Source of the DNA: Eledone cirrhosa
Lineage: Eukaryota
DNA length: 64,000 nucleotides
Assembly: GCA_964016885.1 (NCBI GenBank)
Contig: OZ024742.1
Location: 280,488,001-280,552,000 of the forward strand
Reading direction: 5' to 3'
In this document: one piece after another, positions 1 through 13,984 of the stretch
How positions within the stretch are numbered: position 1 is the stretch's first letter
How the letters are laid out: the number at the start of each line of letters is the position of its first letter
Translations under genes and position numbers: made by a program
Notes under the pieces: generated by a model
Seen by the model: only the letters and a program-made list of their open reading frames with translations
What the model was told of the DNA's origin: nothing
The model's database searches: none

Positions 1-618
1 ATGTGTGTGTGAATACCTGTATGTAAGAGTATATACGACTATGTGTGTGTGTATGTGCGAGTACTATTATACAAGAGTCTAAACGACTATGTGTGTGTGT
101 ATGTGCGAGCACTAGTATGCAATAGTGTATAGTCTACATGTGAGCACACACAAGTATGTGTAGGCATGTGTCTGCACGTACGTATATGTGTAAAAGAAGG
201 CTTGTAGTTAAGAGAGACATAACGGTACTAAACAAAATCTTCAGAGAGATTTTGAATAAAAGTTAACAACAACTATTGTTCCAATAATTTAGCTTTGATA
301 GTTGTGGAACTTCTTTCATGTGTCTCGAGCTGAAACAAGGCGAAGACGAAGAAAAGAGACACCCGCCCATCCACACTTACTTTCTAATACACGAAGAAGA
401 AAAAAAATACAAAGCAATTTATATACAAAAACAGTAAAAGTGATAAAAGAAAACATAATAAACACAAGCTGAATAAAGGAAATGTTGATATAATGGAATG
501 GTTGGAAAATTATCAACTACTAAGACAGATATTTATTTCCACATTTCGTACAGCGTTATATACAGGGATATATATATATACAGCACATTCATAGCAACAC
601 ACACACACACACACACAC

Positions 619-678
<60 letters not shown>

Positions 679-693
679 CGTATGCAAATAGTC

Positions 694-725
<32 letters not shown>

Positions 726-750
726 TGTATGTATGTATGTATGTATGTAT

Positions 751-1354
751 GGTCACCAGTTGGTGCTACTGGTAACATGTATCCCAGTACAACCTGTCTC
801 ATGGTCGGGTCGTTGGCGACTAAACTGGCAAACCCACCAAGGTTTCTTGGTGAGCAGGGTGACTTTGGACATCCTGCAGGACTAAAAACAAAACCTGTCA
901 AAGGGCAAAGGAGCTCTTAAGAGTCAATGGCCATCCAAAATCACCGGAAGAGATGACCCCTTAGCCTTTGTCACAGCTGAATTCTAGGAGAAGGAAAACT
1001 CTGATATAACACCTGCAACCCTGATGGTATCCAATGATGTTGACTTGTTCTTCTTTTTGGTAAATATCATCTTGGTTAAGAGAGTGGGACTGGCTTTGTG
1101 AAGTGCCTTTGCTCACTACAAAAGCTTCACGGCACAGGCATTGCTTTATATCTGGAGAACTCTATGTACTTGTCGTCACATGGTACCTTGGGCCCAGCAC
1201 TATGTGTCAATAATTGTCACAAGTGTAGTGTTTGTACCAGAGTTTTCAAGTCGCTGGCTGGACTAAAAAGTCACACTCGTTCAGCGCATCAGTAGGGGTT
1301 CTCCTACATGGATATAAAGTAGTGGCCATACTCGAAAACGAGTTGGCAGCCACC
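751..1354 (+). mobile_element. Non-autonomous RTE-derived bipartite retroelement (SINE-like), young subfamily
   Basis: Near-identical copies at 60187-60790 (+) and 10866-11274 (-, 5' truncated). Contains the RTE 5'-UTR-like motif ctaggagaaggaaaactctga and a 3' remnant encoding a C2H2 finger (CSVCTRVFKSLAGLKSHTRSAH), as at RTE C-termini. Flanked by (TATG)n. Confidence 0.7.
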
Positions 1355-2484
1355 ATATATGTGTGTATGTGTGTGTGTGTGTGTATGTATATATGTATGT
1401 ATATATGTATGAACGTGCGTATGTACGTATGTATGTATGTGTGTATGTATGCATGTAAGTATGTATGAATGTATGTATGTGTGTATGTATGTATGTATGT
1501 ATGTATGTATGTATGTATGTATGTATGTGTGTGTATGTATATATGTATGTATGTAAGTATATATGTATGAACGTGCGTGTGTATGTGTATATATATCTAT
1601 ATTTATATGTACGTGCGTATGTATGTATGTATGTATGTATGTATGTGTGCATGTATGTATACATGTAAGTATGTATATAAGCATATAAGTATGTATGAAT
1701 GATATGTATGTTTGTATGTATGTATGTATGTATGTATGTATGTATGTGTGTATGTGTGCGTTCTTCTGATTTTTATAATTTCACAAAGTGTTACCAATAG
1801 AGAGAGAGAGTCGGTTTCTAACATAGACACAAGACTCTCTCATTGGAATTTACACAACATCAACTAGGTAGATTATGTATGTATGCATGTGTAGATATGG
1901 ATGTTAATGTATGTGTGGATGTGTATGTTTTGAGTTGTATGTGTGCATGTATATATGCTTTGTATCTGTACATGTGTATATGCAGTTATTAGATGCAAAA
2001 GTTTTGGAATGTTTTACATATTTTTACTGTTCCATTAATGGATTGTACTTGTAATTTCCTAACTAGTTGTGTTCTTTCTGTTCCTGTGAAGCCTTGCTTC
2101 TCAAGATTTGTATTGAGGCAGTTACTAACATACCCAGTGCGCCAATAACACCGTGTAACAAACACATTTTTTTTCTCTGTTCCTGGTTTGTAATCACTTT
2201 TTCTGTTGCTTAGGACCCATATAAATAGAAAAGTGCTATTAAACAGTTAAAAGTTTGGTTTGTATAAATTCGAAGCTATTCACTAGAATTATTTGCATGC
2301 TGGATTTTACGTTGTATGTAAGTTTAATTTGCTTATGTTAAATGATTTTTTGTTATATATGTTTCAGGTTAAATTAAAATTATAAAATAAAGATAATACT
2401 TTAAAATTATAAAAGTACAATAAAGCATAAACTTGTTAAAACGTGGATTGGATTTTCGCACCCTGAATAAAGGTTAAGTTGTGT

Positions 2485-3560
2485 TTTAAGTATTTGTCTC
2501 CAGGATGAAGCAGTGGAACTTGGTCAAGGAGGAAGTGCAGGTGACAAGTCAGAAAAGTCGACACGAACCTTTCTCGGGCTTTTACACTCTTAGGGATGGC
2601 CTCTGCTTCTGCCATGACGTGCCTGGACTATTTGACGTTATTGGGGTGCCGTTTGTGCCCAAGGAGTGGCGGCTATTTATAGACCGCTCCACCACAAGTT
2701 TGAAGGCTATCCTCCTCCACAATGGAAACAAGTTCCCGACACTGCCCCTAGCTCATTCAGTCTGCCTGAAGGAAGATTACTACAGTGTGAAAGTCCTCTT
2801 GGAAGCTCTGCAATACAACCAGTACAATTGGGAAATCATTGGAGACTTCAAGATGGTGGCTTTCCGGCTTGGACTCCAAGGAAGCTTTATCAAATTCCAA
2901 TGCTTCCTCTGCCTTTGGGACAGCAGAGCCACCTCTGATCACTACAAAAAAAGAACTGGGAGCAGCGAACAGAATTTGTAGTTCGGACCCGGAACGTCAT
3001 GTGGGAGCCACTGGTTGATCCCAGGATTGTACTCATGCCGCCACTGCACATTAAGTTGGGGTTGATGAAGCAGTTTGTAAAGGCTCTCAACCAAGAATCA
3101 GCCGCTTTTAAGTACCTTCTTGAGTTCTTCCCCAAGTTAACTGAGGCCAAAATCAAAGGTGGAATTGTTGTTGGACCTCAGAAAAAGAAGGTGTTTGAGT
3201 CTACCGAGTTCTCCAATAAGCTCAATAGGATTGAGAGAACAGCATGGAACTGTTTCAAGGCAGTTGTTAAGGGCTTCCTCTGCAACTACAGAGCTGAAAA
3301 CTACCAGCAACTGGTGAAGGATCTGATAAAGGCTTTTGCGCCATGGCATGCAGGATGTCGCTTAAACTCCATATGCTGGTCGCTCACCTTGAAAAATTCA
3401 AGGACAATATGGGCGCCTACTCAGAAGAAAAAGGCGAACGATTCCACCAAGATGTGTAAGAGATAGAGCGGAGGTACCAGGGCTACTAAAATGAAAAAAT
3501 GATGAGGTACTATATCTGGGGGCTAGAGCGGGAATGCGACCTGGACTGCAACCGCAAATC
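2485..3560 (+). pseudogene. Frameshifted Chapaev3-type transposase (C-terminal part)
   Basis: Motifs WRLFIDRSTTSLKAILLHNGN, GDFKMV, CFLCLWDSR, PPLHIKLGLMKQFVKAL, SEEKGERFHQD and RYQG spread over several frames. Confidence 0.8.
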
Positions 3561-3792
3561 TAGGAAATCCAGTATTTCTGACGTGTATAAGTTGCTTTAT
3601 AAGTGTTATTTACTTGTTTGCGTTTGATAAGCTTGTGTAATAAAGTAAATATATATTCTGTTGATTTAATTATATGAACTGATAAATTAAAAAAAAATGT
3701 GTGTTTTTCTTGAAAAGTATGAAAATTTCGAAATATCAAACTCCTGACCACAAACCCAAACTTCTGATTAAATAATAGTGCTTTTTTTAATA

Positions 3793-3850
3793 ATAATTGT
3801 TTCTACTATTGGCACAAGGCCAGAAATTACCCAGTACATTACTGGTACTT
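3793..3850 (-). mobile_element. 3' fragment of tRNA-derived SINE nested in the DNA transposon
   Basis: Matches the SINE 3' end (aagtaccagtaatgtactgggtaatt...ggccttgtgcc...gtagaaacaattatt) of the copies at 9537 and 15642. Confidence 0.75.
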
Positions 3851-6161
3851 TTTTTAATAATAATGGGATATAACAAACCATGAAATAACACTTAGAATCG
3901 GGGAACAAAAATATGTTACACGGTGTAATCACAGGCATAAATCTGAAGGTGTAATTAGGGAGGAGAATCTGCAGATTTCTCATCAGTTCTGCATAAATAT
4001 TATCCTTTTCGCTAATCTTTAATATTATATTGGCATCTGCTGGGCAGCTAATTTCCACTACTGCGCATTCTTTCTTCTCCCTGTCCCATACCATAATATC
4101 TGGTCTGTTATGCTTGCATTTTATTGGGGTTTTTACTGGAACATTCCACCAGCACTCTTTCATATTATGTACATGGATGTCTTCCACATTGCTGTAGCTT
4201 TTTAATGTGTTTATTATCGGGGCTATTGTACTGCATTGTACAGTGTTTTGGCCACTACATCATGCCTCATAGGTAGATAGTACCGCGATGACATATTTGG
4301 ACAGCTGCTGATGACATGGGTGATATCCTCGACGTTAATACTGCAGAGTCTGCACTTGTTATCACATAGATGTTTCGCCTGCATCCCTATCTCTTTTGTG
4401 AATCAGGTATTTCGTGTTAATCTCCTGTTCTTGGATTGCAAAAGCGTATCCTTCAAAGTGGGAGCCAATATAGCGGTTGTTGGTCCAAGATAGACTACTT
4501 TTCCGTATATATATTACTCTCAATCTGGAGCTTCCTGGCAACACATACATGCATGATTTCTTGCTGATAAGCATGCAGTTTTTCATTCATGGATTTGCTG
4601 CGATAGTGCTGAGCGACTTCCCTGGGTGTGAGATTTTGATTATCACACGGAATATCTCTCGAGAAGTTCCTTCCCAACTCTCGTGATCTTATCTGTTTCA
4701 TGCAGATAGACTTGCTCGAGAAACGGGCTCCTACGCTTCGAGGTTCGTAGATATTGTCGGAGAGATATGATGCGACATTCAAATGTTGTCTGGACTGATG
4801 TTAGGCCCCTGCCTCCTTGCTTACGTTTCAAGTAACGGCGATCTATGTCACTGTTGGTGTGGAAGTTTCCGGTGTTATTTAGTACGTTTCGAGTTCCAAC
4901 ATCAACTGCTCGGATTTCGTCTATCGTCCAATTGATTATTCCAAACGTTGGTGTTAGGTCAGACACAGCAAATACATTGTGAGCCACTGTTTTGCTTTGC
5001 GCAGAGTGTAACGATGACCAGATCTTTCTTAATCGGGTGTAGTATTCCTGGTTACGCCTTCTTTATTACAGATACCATTATAGGATATGTTCTCATCTAT
5101 CCCCAGGTATCTGTAGCAGTCCTCATCAGATATCGGTGAAACAGTTAGGCCATTGATGACAATGTTGCTAGATTGGGTTGTTGTTTTACAATCATGTATG
5201 AGCATTTATCTTGGTCAAAATCCTTTCCTATATCCTTTGAGAACGTTGTAACCAGGTCAATATTTGTCTTCATCCCATCCACGTTCTTGGCATGTATGTA
5301 TATGTACATGTGTATGTATGTATATGTACATGTGTATGTATGTATATATGTATGTATGTATATATGTATGCACGTGCGTATGTATGAGTGTATATATCTA
5401 TGTACGTGCGTATGTATGTATATATGCATGTATGTATGTGTGTATGTATGTATGAATGTAAGTATGTATACATGTATGTATGTATGAATGTATGTATGTG
5501 TGTATGTATGTATTAATGCATGTATGTGTGTGTGTATGTATGTATGTATGTTTATATATGTATGAATGTGCGTATGTATGTGTGTATGTATCTATGTACA
5601 TGTGTATGTGTGTATGTATGTATGTGTGGATATGTATGTATATATGTATGTGCGTGCGTATGTATGTATGTTCGTATGTATGTATATACGTGTGTATGTA
5701 TGTATGTATGTAATATATAAATATGTGTGCGTGTATGTACATATAACCATTATATAATCCTTGTATAATTTTAAATTCGTTTAACTGTATGGTTGAATAA
5801 TTTTGTTATTTATGTGTGTATGTATATATACATATATGCATAAGTATGTATGCATGTATGTATATATGTGCATATGCATGTATGCATATATGTAATTACA
5901 TACGCATGAATGTGTGTATGTTTTGATATATGTATATAACGCCATTATATTGAACTTGTATAATTTTAATCTGGTATATAGTGTATGGCAGAAATGGAAA
6001 ACAAAATATTATGTAAATTTAAATAGATATATTCGTTGACATTTTCAATATGTCCCCCTTCATTACGTATAGAATCCATGATGTGATTGTGAATCGCCAG
6101 GATTACTTTTCGTAGACCGCAATGATATGTCGAAAAGCGGTTAGCTGAAAAAAACTGTAAA

Positions 6162-6332
6162 CCTTCTTCTTCTTCTTCTTCTTCTTCTTCTTCTTCTTCT
6201 TCTTCTTCTTCTTCTTCTTCTTCTTCTTCTTCTTCTTCTTCTTCTTCTTCTTCTTCTTCTTCTTCTTCTTCTTCTTCTTCTTCTTCTTCTTCTTCTTCTT
6301 CTTCTTCTTCTTCTTCTTCTTCTTCTTCTTCT
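6162..6332. repeat. (CTT)n trinucleotide microsatellite followed by CT-rich low complexity
   Basis: Directly visible; source of the spurious poly-E and poly-K ORFs. Confidence 0.95.
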
Positions 6333-6637
6333 CGTCCTCCCCCTCGTCCTCCTCTAGTCCTCCTCCGCCTCCTCCTTCTCTTTGTTCTTCTCCTTCCACT
6401 TTTTCTTCTTCTCCCCCTTCTCCTTATACTCCTCCTCATTCTCCCCCTCCTTCTCCTCCCCAAACTCCTCCTCCTCCTCTTGCCGGTGCACGACAGGGAG
6501 TTAAATCAGTCTTGCGAAAATGGAGATATTCATCAAGATGAGATGCATGCACAGTGGGCTCTGTTGTGAATGGAGTTACATTCAAACATTTGAAATCCAA
6601 ATATCCCGTAGCCGCTTTCAGGAATCAAGGGAGAGAA

Positions 6638-6821
6638 TAATTATTTCTACATTTGGCACAAGGCCAGCAAATTACTCAGTACATTACTGGTACTTTAATA
6701 ACCACGTAAGGATGAAAGGAAAAGTTAACCTCGGAGGGAGTTGAATTGAGACCGTAAAAGTGCGTAACTCCATGCTGTAAAGCATAGCGTCCGACCCTCT
6801 ACTGATACTGTCAATCCACTG
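6638..6821 (-). mobile_element. tRNA-derived SINE (Meta/MESC-like central domain)
   Basis: Reverse-complement homology to 9537-9724. Confidence 0.75.
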
Positions 6822-7759
6822 GGAGATAATAATGCGGCAGCTTCAGCCTAAGTTTATCAAAAGAAGGGTGGAATGTGTAAAAGCCAAACTCAAAATCTTA
6901 AATCGGTATTCCTGCCTCTCCAATCATATGGTCACGAATCTGTCAAGTACCCATCAAATAAACAGTCATTATTGTTTTTTTTTTTCAGTCAAGAAACAAG
7001 GATGATAATGGTTTAGTAACGATGATAACATACATACATAAAAATTCCAATTCCAAAATGGCTGATACATTTATCGTCATATATAGCATACATTCATATC
7101 CATATATACATGTTTTCATAGAGAAGAGGTATGTAGATCAAAGGCCTTAAAGCTGAGTAGAAAATGTTAAGAGGTACTATATAAATATATGAAATAAATG
7201 ACAAGTAACAAAGCAGAGGAGTACAATTTTACGCATTACGTTGCATTTTTAAATCTTGTTTTTCTTCTGACAACAATGGCGAAAACGATGGCGATAATGA
7301 TTGTCATAGGTATGATGGTGATCGATACAGAGACAAATATATGTAGTGACTTAAAATTATCGCTATTTCAGAACAAAATACTATTTATTTATTTATAATA
7401 ACGCCAATTCAATATTTTGTATACCATAGAGCTTAGATTTAAAAAATAAATATCGATTGATTGATTGACCGATTGATACGTCGAAGACTGATCGATCTTA
7501 TGGTGCTTTTGTTTTGAAATTCTTCTGAAACCTTTGGCTGGTATTGAATGATTTAATCCCTGGCGTACAATGATGACTTCATCAAATATTACACCATGGT
7601 TACTGCTTTCTCATCAAAATCATAAACTCCTATAATTTATTTATAACAAAAGTATTGTAGCTGTTATTATCGTCAATGTTGTGCTTATTGTTGCTACCGG
7701 CGTCATTATTAATATCATTTGTTTGTTGTCCATGTTGTTGCTGCTGTTGTTGTTATCAC

Positions 7760-8830
<1,071 letters not shown>

Positions 8831-8986
8831 ATGACTGTTCTACATTGCGAGACCCGGATCTATGACCATACTTGTATTCGATATAGTGTTCATGCGAATT
8901 ATTATTGGAAGCACTGCGTTGCACGTTTACATTGCTTGCTGATATCCTCTTAATTTCGTTGAGTATCAAAACTACATGGTCTAATA

Positions 8987-9228
8987 TAATAATTGTTTCT
9001 ACTTTTTGTCACAAGGCCAGCAAATATCCAGTACATTACTGGTACTTTATAATGTCACATAATTGTTTGTACTTTAGGCACAAGGCTAGCAATTACCCAG
9101 TACATTACTGGTACTTTATTTTATCGAGCCCGTAAGGTTGAAAGGCAAAGTTACCCCCGGCGTAAAGGGACGTAACTATGCTAGAAAGCATGGCGTCCAA
9201 CCCTCTACCGATACTGCCAATTCACCGT
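8987..9228 (-). mobile_element. Tandem tRNA-SINE pieces (3' fragment plus an internally deleted copy)
   Basis: Two successive matches to the SINE 3' end; the second continues into the head region. Confidence 0.75.
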
Positions 9229-9536
9229 CACATAATGAAACATTTGTGAATTAATTGTTTGTTTTACAACGGTTCTGTGTCCAATATTATCGTTGTTAAG
9301 GCTTATTGATTTTTATTACGTAGTTTTGTATTAGCAGCCTCGAAAATGTACATCTTCTCCTCTGTCAATCCCCCGAAAAATACAATGTATTAAGCTGATT
9401 GTATGGAGTTATATAATTGGAATTAGTCTCCATATAGATAATTTGATCACTGAAACGACCGTACAATAATTGATTAATTCAATATCATATTGTTTTTTAT
9501 TATTACATTGTTGTATTGTTTTATTATTACATTGAT

Positions 9537-9724
9537 TGGTGGATTGGCAGTACCGGTAGAGGGTCGGACGCCATGTTTAACGCAAAGAGTTACGTCCCTT
9601 TACGGTCTGAGTTCCAATCCCGCCGAGGTTAACTTTGTCTTTCATCCTTACGGGGTCGATAAAATAAAGCACCAGTAATGTACTGGGATAATTGCTGGCC
9701 TTGTGCCAAAAGTAGAAACAATTA
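9537..9724 (+). mobile_element. tRNA-derived SINE (Meta/MESC-like central domain)
   Basis: A-box-like tggcagtaccggtag, B-box-like gagttccaatccc and central ctttcatccttacggggtcgataaa. Further copies at 15642-15826 (+) and 38215-38405 (-). Confidence 0.8.
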
Positions 9725-10150
9725 TATTTGATATCACATATCAAGAAACAATAGTGTCGTTGGTTACAGGGCGTCAGCGGGCTCACTATTCGCTCAGTGC
9801 ATGGTAACAGAAATAATGATTTGAGTATGTAGGACGGATCAGTTATCATATGCATCATTCGAATTCACCAATTACAGTCAATGAAACGTCATAATATCAC
9901 ACCGACTTTAATATAATGATAATACATAGAGAAATAATTAACGACCCAATCGGCTTTATATATAATTTGTTATAAACATCTCAAACCTCACTCTGTATAG
10001 CTGGAAGGATATATCTATCTTCATCGCATGGATTGTGTCTTATTTGGATACAGTGAATAAACCAATCACTTATATTGTGCTGGTAATTGAAATCAATATA
10101 GAAAAAAGGAAAATTATATTTTAGAAAATAAATACATTTACACTATGTAT

Positions 10151-10782
10151 GATGATAGCTGACCTCTCAATATCGAGTATGGCCATTGCACGATAAAACA
10201 TTGTTAACAATTATCAATTAATGCTATCGTTCAATGCCTGCGAGTGAAGATGTTTTTAAAGTGAGGAAAGACTTTGCACAGGTCCAATCCCACTCTTTGA
10301 ATAACAGTAACTATAATCCGAAAAGAAGAAAAGATCAATATCATCGGCAACTACTGAGACGCAGCTTTATGTCGGAGTTATCCCAGGTTCCTGAATTGCC
10401 TTCTCTTAGAAGAATGCCCTGACAAAGATTAGAGGTTATTCATTCCCAGTGGTTTAACAGCGCAATCGGTTATCCAGCCCGATTATTTCTACGTCCCCGC
10501 GCATATACATACATGTATATATATATATATATATACATGTATATGCATATATACATACACACATATATATATGTTTATACATATTTACACATTTTTGGAT
10601 AGTCGTTGCATCTTATGAGTTCTTCCACCCTTTGTCAGGTTTTGTGTTTTGTCCTGCAGGGTGTCCAAAATCACCCTCCTTAGCAAGTAAACTTGGTGGG
10701 GTTGTCGGTTTAGTCATCGACAACTCGACCATGCACAGGTTGTACTGGGTTACATGTTACCAGTAGCACTCAAAAGTGACCC
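10151..10782 (-). mobile_element. RTE-derived non-autonomous element, older subfamily with internal microsatellite
   Basis: 5' head homologous to 751-940; body homologous to 57155-57765. Confidence 0.7.
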
Positions 10783-10783
10783 G

Positions 10784-10861
<78 letters not shown>

Positions 10862-10865
10862 ACAA

Positions 10866-11274
10866 GGTGGCTGCCAACTCGTTTTCGAGTACGGCCACTA
10901 CTTTATATCCATGTAGGAGAACCCCTACCGAAGCGCTGAACGAGTGTGACTTTTTAGTCCAGCCAGCGACTTGAAAACTCTGGTACAAACACTACACTTG
11001 TGACAATTATTGACACATAGTGCTGGGCCCATGGTACCATGTGAGGACAAGTGCAGAGAGATCTCCAGATATAAAGCAATGCCTGTGCCGTGAAGCTTTT
11101 ATAGTGAGCAAAGGCACTGCGCAAAGCCAGTCCCACTCTCTTAACCAAGATGATATTTACCAAAAAGAAGAACAAGTCAACATCATTGGATACCATCAGG
11201 GTTGCAGGTGTTATATCAGAGTTTTCCTTCTCCTAGAATTCTGCCTTGACAAAGGCTAAGGGGTCATCTCTCCC
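10866..11274 (-). mobile_element. 5'-truncated copy of the RTE-derived non-autonomous element
   Basis: Reverse complement of about 946-1354. Confidence 0.85.
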
Positions 11275-11324
11275 TATGTATACATACATACATACATACA
11301 TACATACATACGTACATACATACT

Positions 11325-11555
11325 TAGTTCATATCTAGCTGTCCAAACAGCCGGAGCCCAGCTGTCGGGGTCCTAAATATTTTTACACACACACACAAAA
11401 TATATATATAGGAAACGAGTCAGGACCCCGACGGCACAGCTGAAGCCGTCTCAACGGCTATTTCAGTTCAGAAATAGCCGTCGAAACGGCCCAAAGTATG
11501 TAGTACACTAGTGCTGCGTTATGGTCCACCCGTTTCCTTACCACACTTCCTTCGT

Positions 11556-11557
<2 letters not shown>
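11325..11557. repeat. PLE-terminus/hammerhead-derived short repeats, partly palindromic
   Basis: Same family as 44331-44526, 47687-47738 and 57824-57887 (tagccgtcgaaacggc...gccgtcggggtc). The tail 11510-11556 matches the reverse complement of 44331-44372. Confidence 0.6.
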
Positions 11558-11615
<58 letters not shown>

Positions 11616-11669
11616 GCAACATTCAAGAAAACTAAATGTAGTAATATTATTGTCTATTTATACATCGCT

Positions 11670-11783
11670 ACAGACGTTTCAATGCGGCTAGAATACACGA
11701 TCTATTTGTGGAGAAAACTGGATATTATCAGTAATTTATTTCCTCCAAGATGTGCGCTCTACTCAGACCGTATCTCTTCAGGA
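11670..11783 (-). ncRNA. Candidate type I hammerhead ribozyme with long stem II
   Basis: Minus strand reads CUGAAGA GAUACGG...(long hairpin including UGGAGGAAA/UUUUCUCCA)...CCGCAUU GAAA CGUC. Stem I is not evident. Confidence 0.5.
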
Positions 11784-12023
11784 AGAGATACGATTTTGAA
11801 TTGTAAATGTTCTGCTACAGGAAATATATTTTATTCATCATGTTTCCATTAAGTCCTGAAGAACGAAGGGCGGAAAAATGTGGATCGAGCTTATACATCT
11901 TATCAATGAAAGTAGTGAACTATTCCCCTATTAAGTCATATATTATTATATATATATATGTATGTACGGAACGTGTGCCTCTAATGCATGTATGCATTTT
12001 ATTTAATGGCTATAAATATGTTC

Positions 12024-12073
<50 letters not shown>

Positions 12074-12264
12074 CAGTAGTAGTAGTAGTAATAGTTGATG
12101 TTGTTGTTGTTGTAAGTGGTTATTGGATATTACGTAAATATTAATATATATATGTGCACACCCGTATATAACAATAACTATCTTAATGAAAATGTGTATA
12201 TAAACTTACATATCTTATCGCTGTCCAACCCTCTATCTCTCCCACACTGTCTACGTATGTGTAC

Positions 12265-12305
<41 letters not shown>

Positions 12306-12364
12306 TATATATATATCCATAAATACATTCATATATACACATATTTATATATATATATATATAT

Positions 12365-12452
<88 letters not shown>

Positions 12453-12849
12453 GACTGGAAAAGTAAAGGCCACGCAGGAAATGAATTAGAGAAAATAGAG
12501 GCGAAAGAAGAAAGGGTATGCGTTACTAAGTCTTGTTGTTGTGTGGAGCCAAAGTGTCTGTCTAAGACTCAACTCTACACGAAGAGTTCTCTCATAGAGG
12601 ACTTCTTTTCACCCATAGGGCAATTGTATTATTTTATGATCTCTGCGCCCCAAATATAAGCACAATCACACAGTCACTCCCATACACACATGTGCTCCCA
12701 TGATTGCAGACACTTATTAATATATAAGTGCGCCTGCGTGTAATTTATTACTGCATAGGTATGTACATATCACTATATATAAAGCATATTATAAGGAAGT
12801 AAATATATTTATAGGCGTTTTATATATGTATTATAACATATTAAATATT

Positions 12850-12950
<101 letters not shown>

Positions 12951-13051
12951 TGTATATATGTGTATTTGCGTCTGTACGTATGTGTGCTGATATATATATA
13001 TATATGTATATACATATATATACATATATATACATATATATACATATATAT

Positions 13052-13114
<63 letters not shown>

Positions 13115-13185
13115 CTTATATATACATGTATATATACATATATATATATAAATAGATATATACATATATATACCTTTATATATGC

Positions 13186-13220
<35 letters not shown>

Positions 13221-13302
13221 AAGATGGTATGGGGGTGTATGTTTGCGTTTAGTTATACGTGTATATGTGTTTGTATGGATGTATGTATATGTATATATGC
13301 AT

Positions 13303-13400
<98 letters not shown>

Positions 13401-13573
13401 CTAACTACCTATGACCATAGCTACAAAAATCAACTTTACTAAATTATGTTTACTCCATTACGCTTATTATATATTCATGTTTATGTTCATCATAACACTT
13501 TAGAAATTCATGATAAAGAGAAAGAACGGGTGGCGAGATATTGAAACACATTTACTCACACGCATACGTTTAC

Positions 13574-13607
<34 letters not shown>

Positions 13608-13693
13608 AGGAGTATCTGAATTTAAGCAATATCATGATATTAACATTGTCCACACAGCAATGTTTATGCACTGTAAGATAAAACGTCCGAACG

Positions 13694-13781
<88 letters not shown>

Positions 13782-13826
13782 TCTATCTATCTATCTATCT
13801 TTCCATCTCTTTCTTTCTCTCCTCCA

Positions 13827-13928
<102 letters not shown>

Positions 13929-13984
13929 TCAGAGCAAGGAGAAGCACAAGACAGCGGGGAGGTATCCAGGTTTAAAGCAGTAGT

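Larger units (their letters stand above)
2149..3925 (+). mobile_element. Chapaev3-like (CMC) DNA transposon, internally deleted
   Basis: TIRs caccgtgtaaca...tgttacacggtg and a 3-bp TSD TAA (2146-2148 / 3926-3928). Removing the element restores the LINE sequence seen uninterrupted near 36170-36200. Confidence 0.85.
1760..5293 (-). mobile_element. 5'-truncated R4/Dong-type RLE LINE (CATA-associated family), interrupted by a DNA transposon
   Basis: Frameshifted segments SDIDRRYLKRKQGGRGL, IQEQEINTKY and HNRPDIMVWDREKKECAVVEISCPAD (PD-(D/E)xK endonuclease). Homologous to 34024-35301 and 36001-36569. Flanked by (TATG)n on both sides. Confidence 0.85.

Noticed and set aside
1-130. Short duplicated unit at the window start (possible array or CRISPR-like)
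   Set aside because: Only two copies of a TG-rich sequence, no spacer structure, eukaryotic context.
751-900. HDV-like or twister ribozyme at the head of the RTE-derived element
   Set aside because: A P1-like helix with a G-U first pair is possible, but I could not place P3/L3, P1.1 or twister motifs.
1098-1295. C2H2 zinc-finger host gene
   Set aside because: Single finger inside a multicopy element; matches the RTE C-terminal finger also seen at about 16395-16460.
5966-6463. Arg/Glu-rich protamine-like ORF
   Set aside because: Arises from (CTT)n and CT-rich low-complexity sequence.
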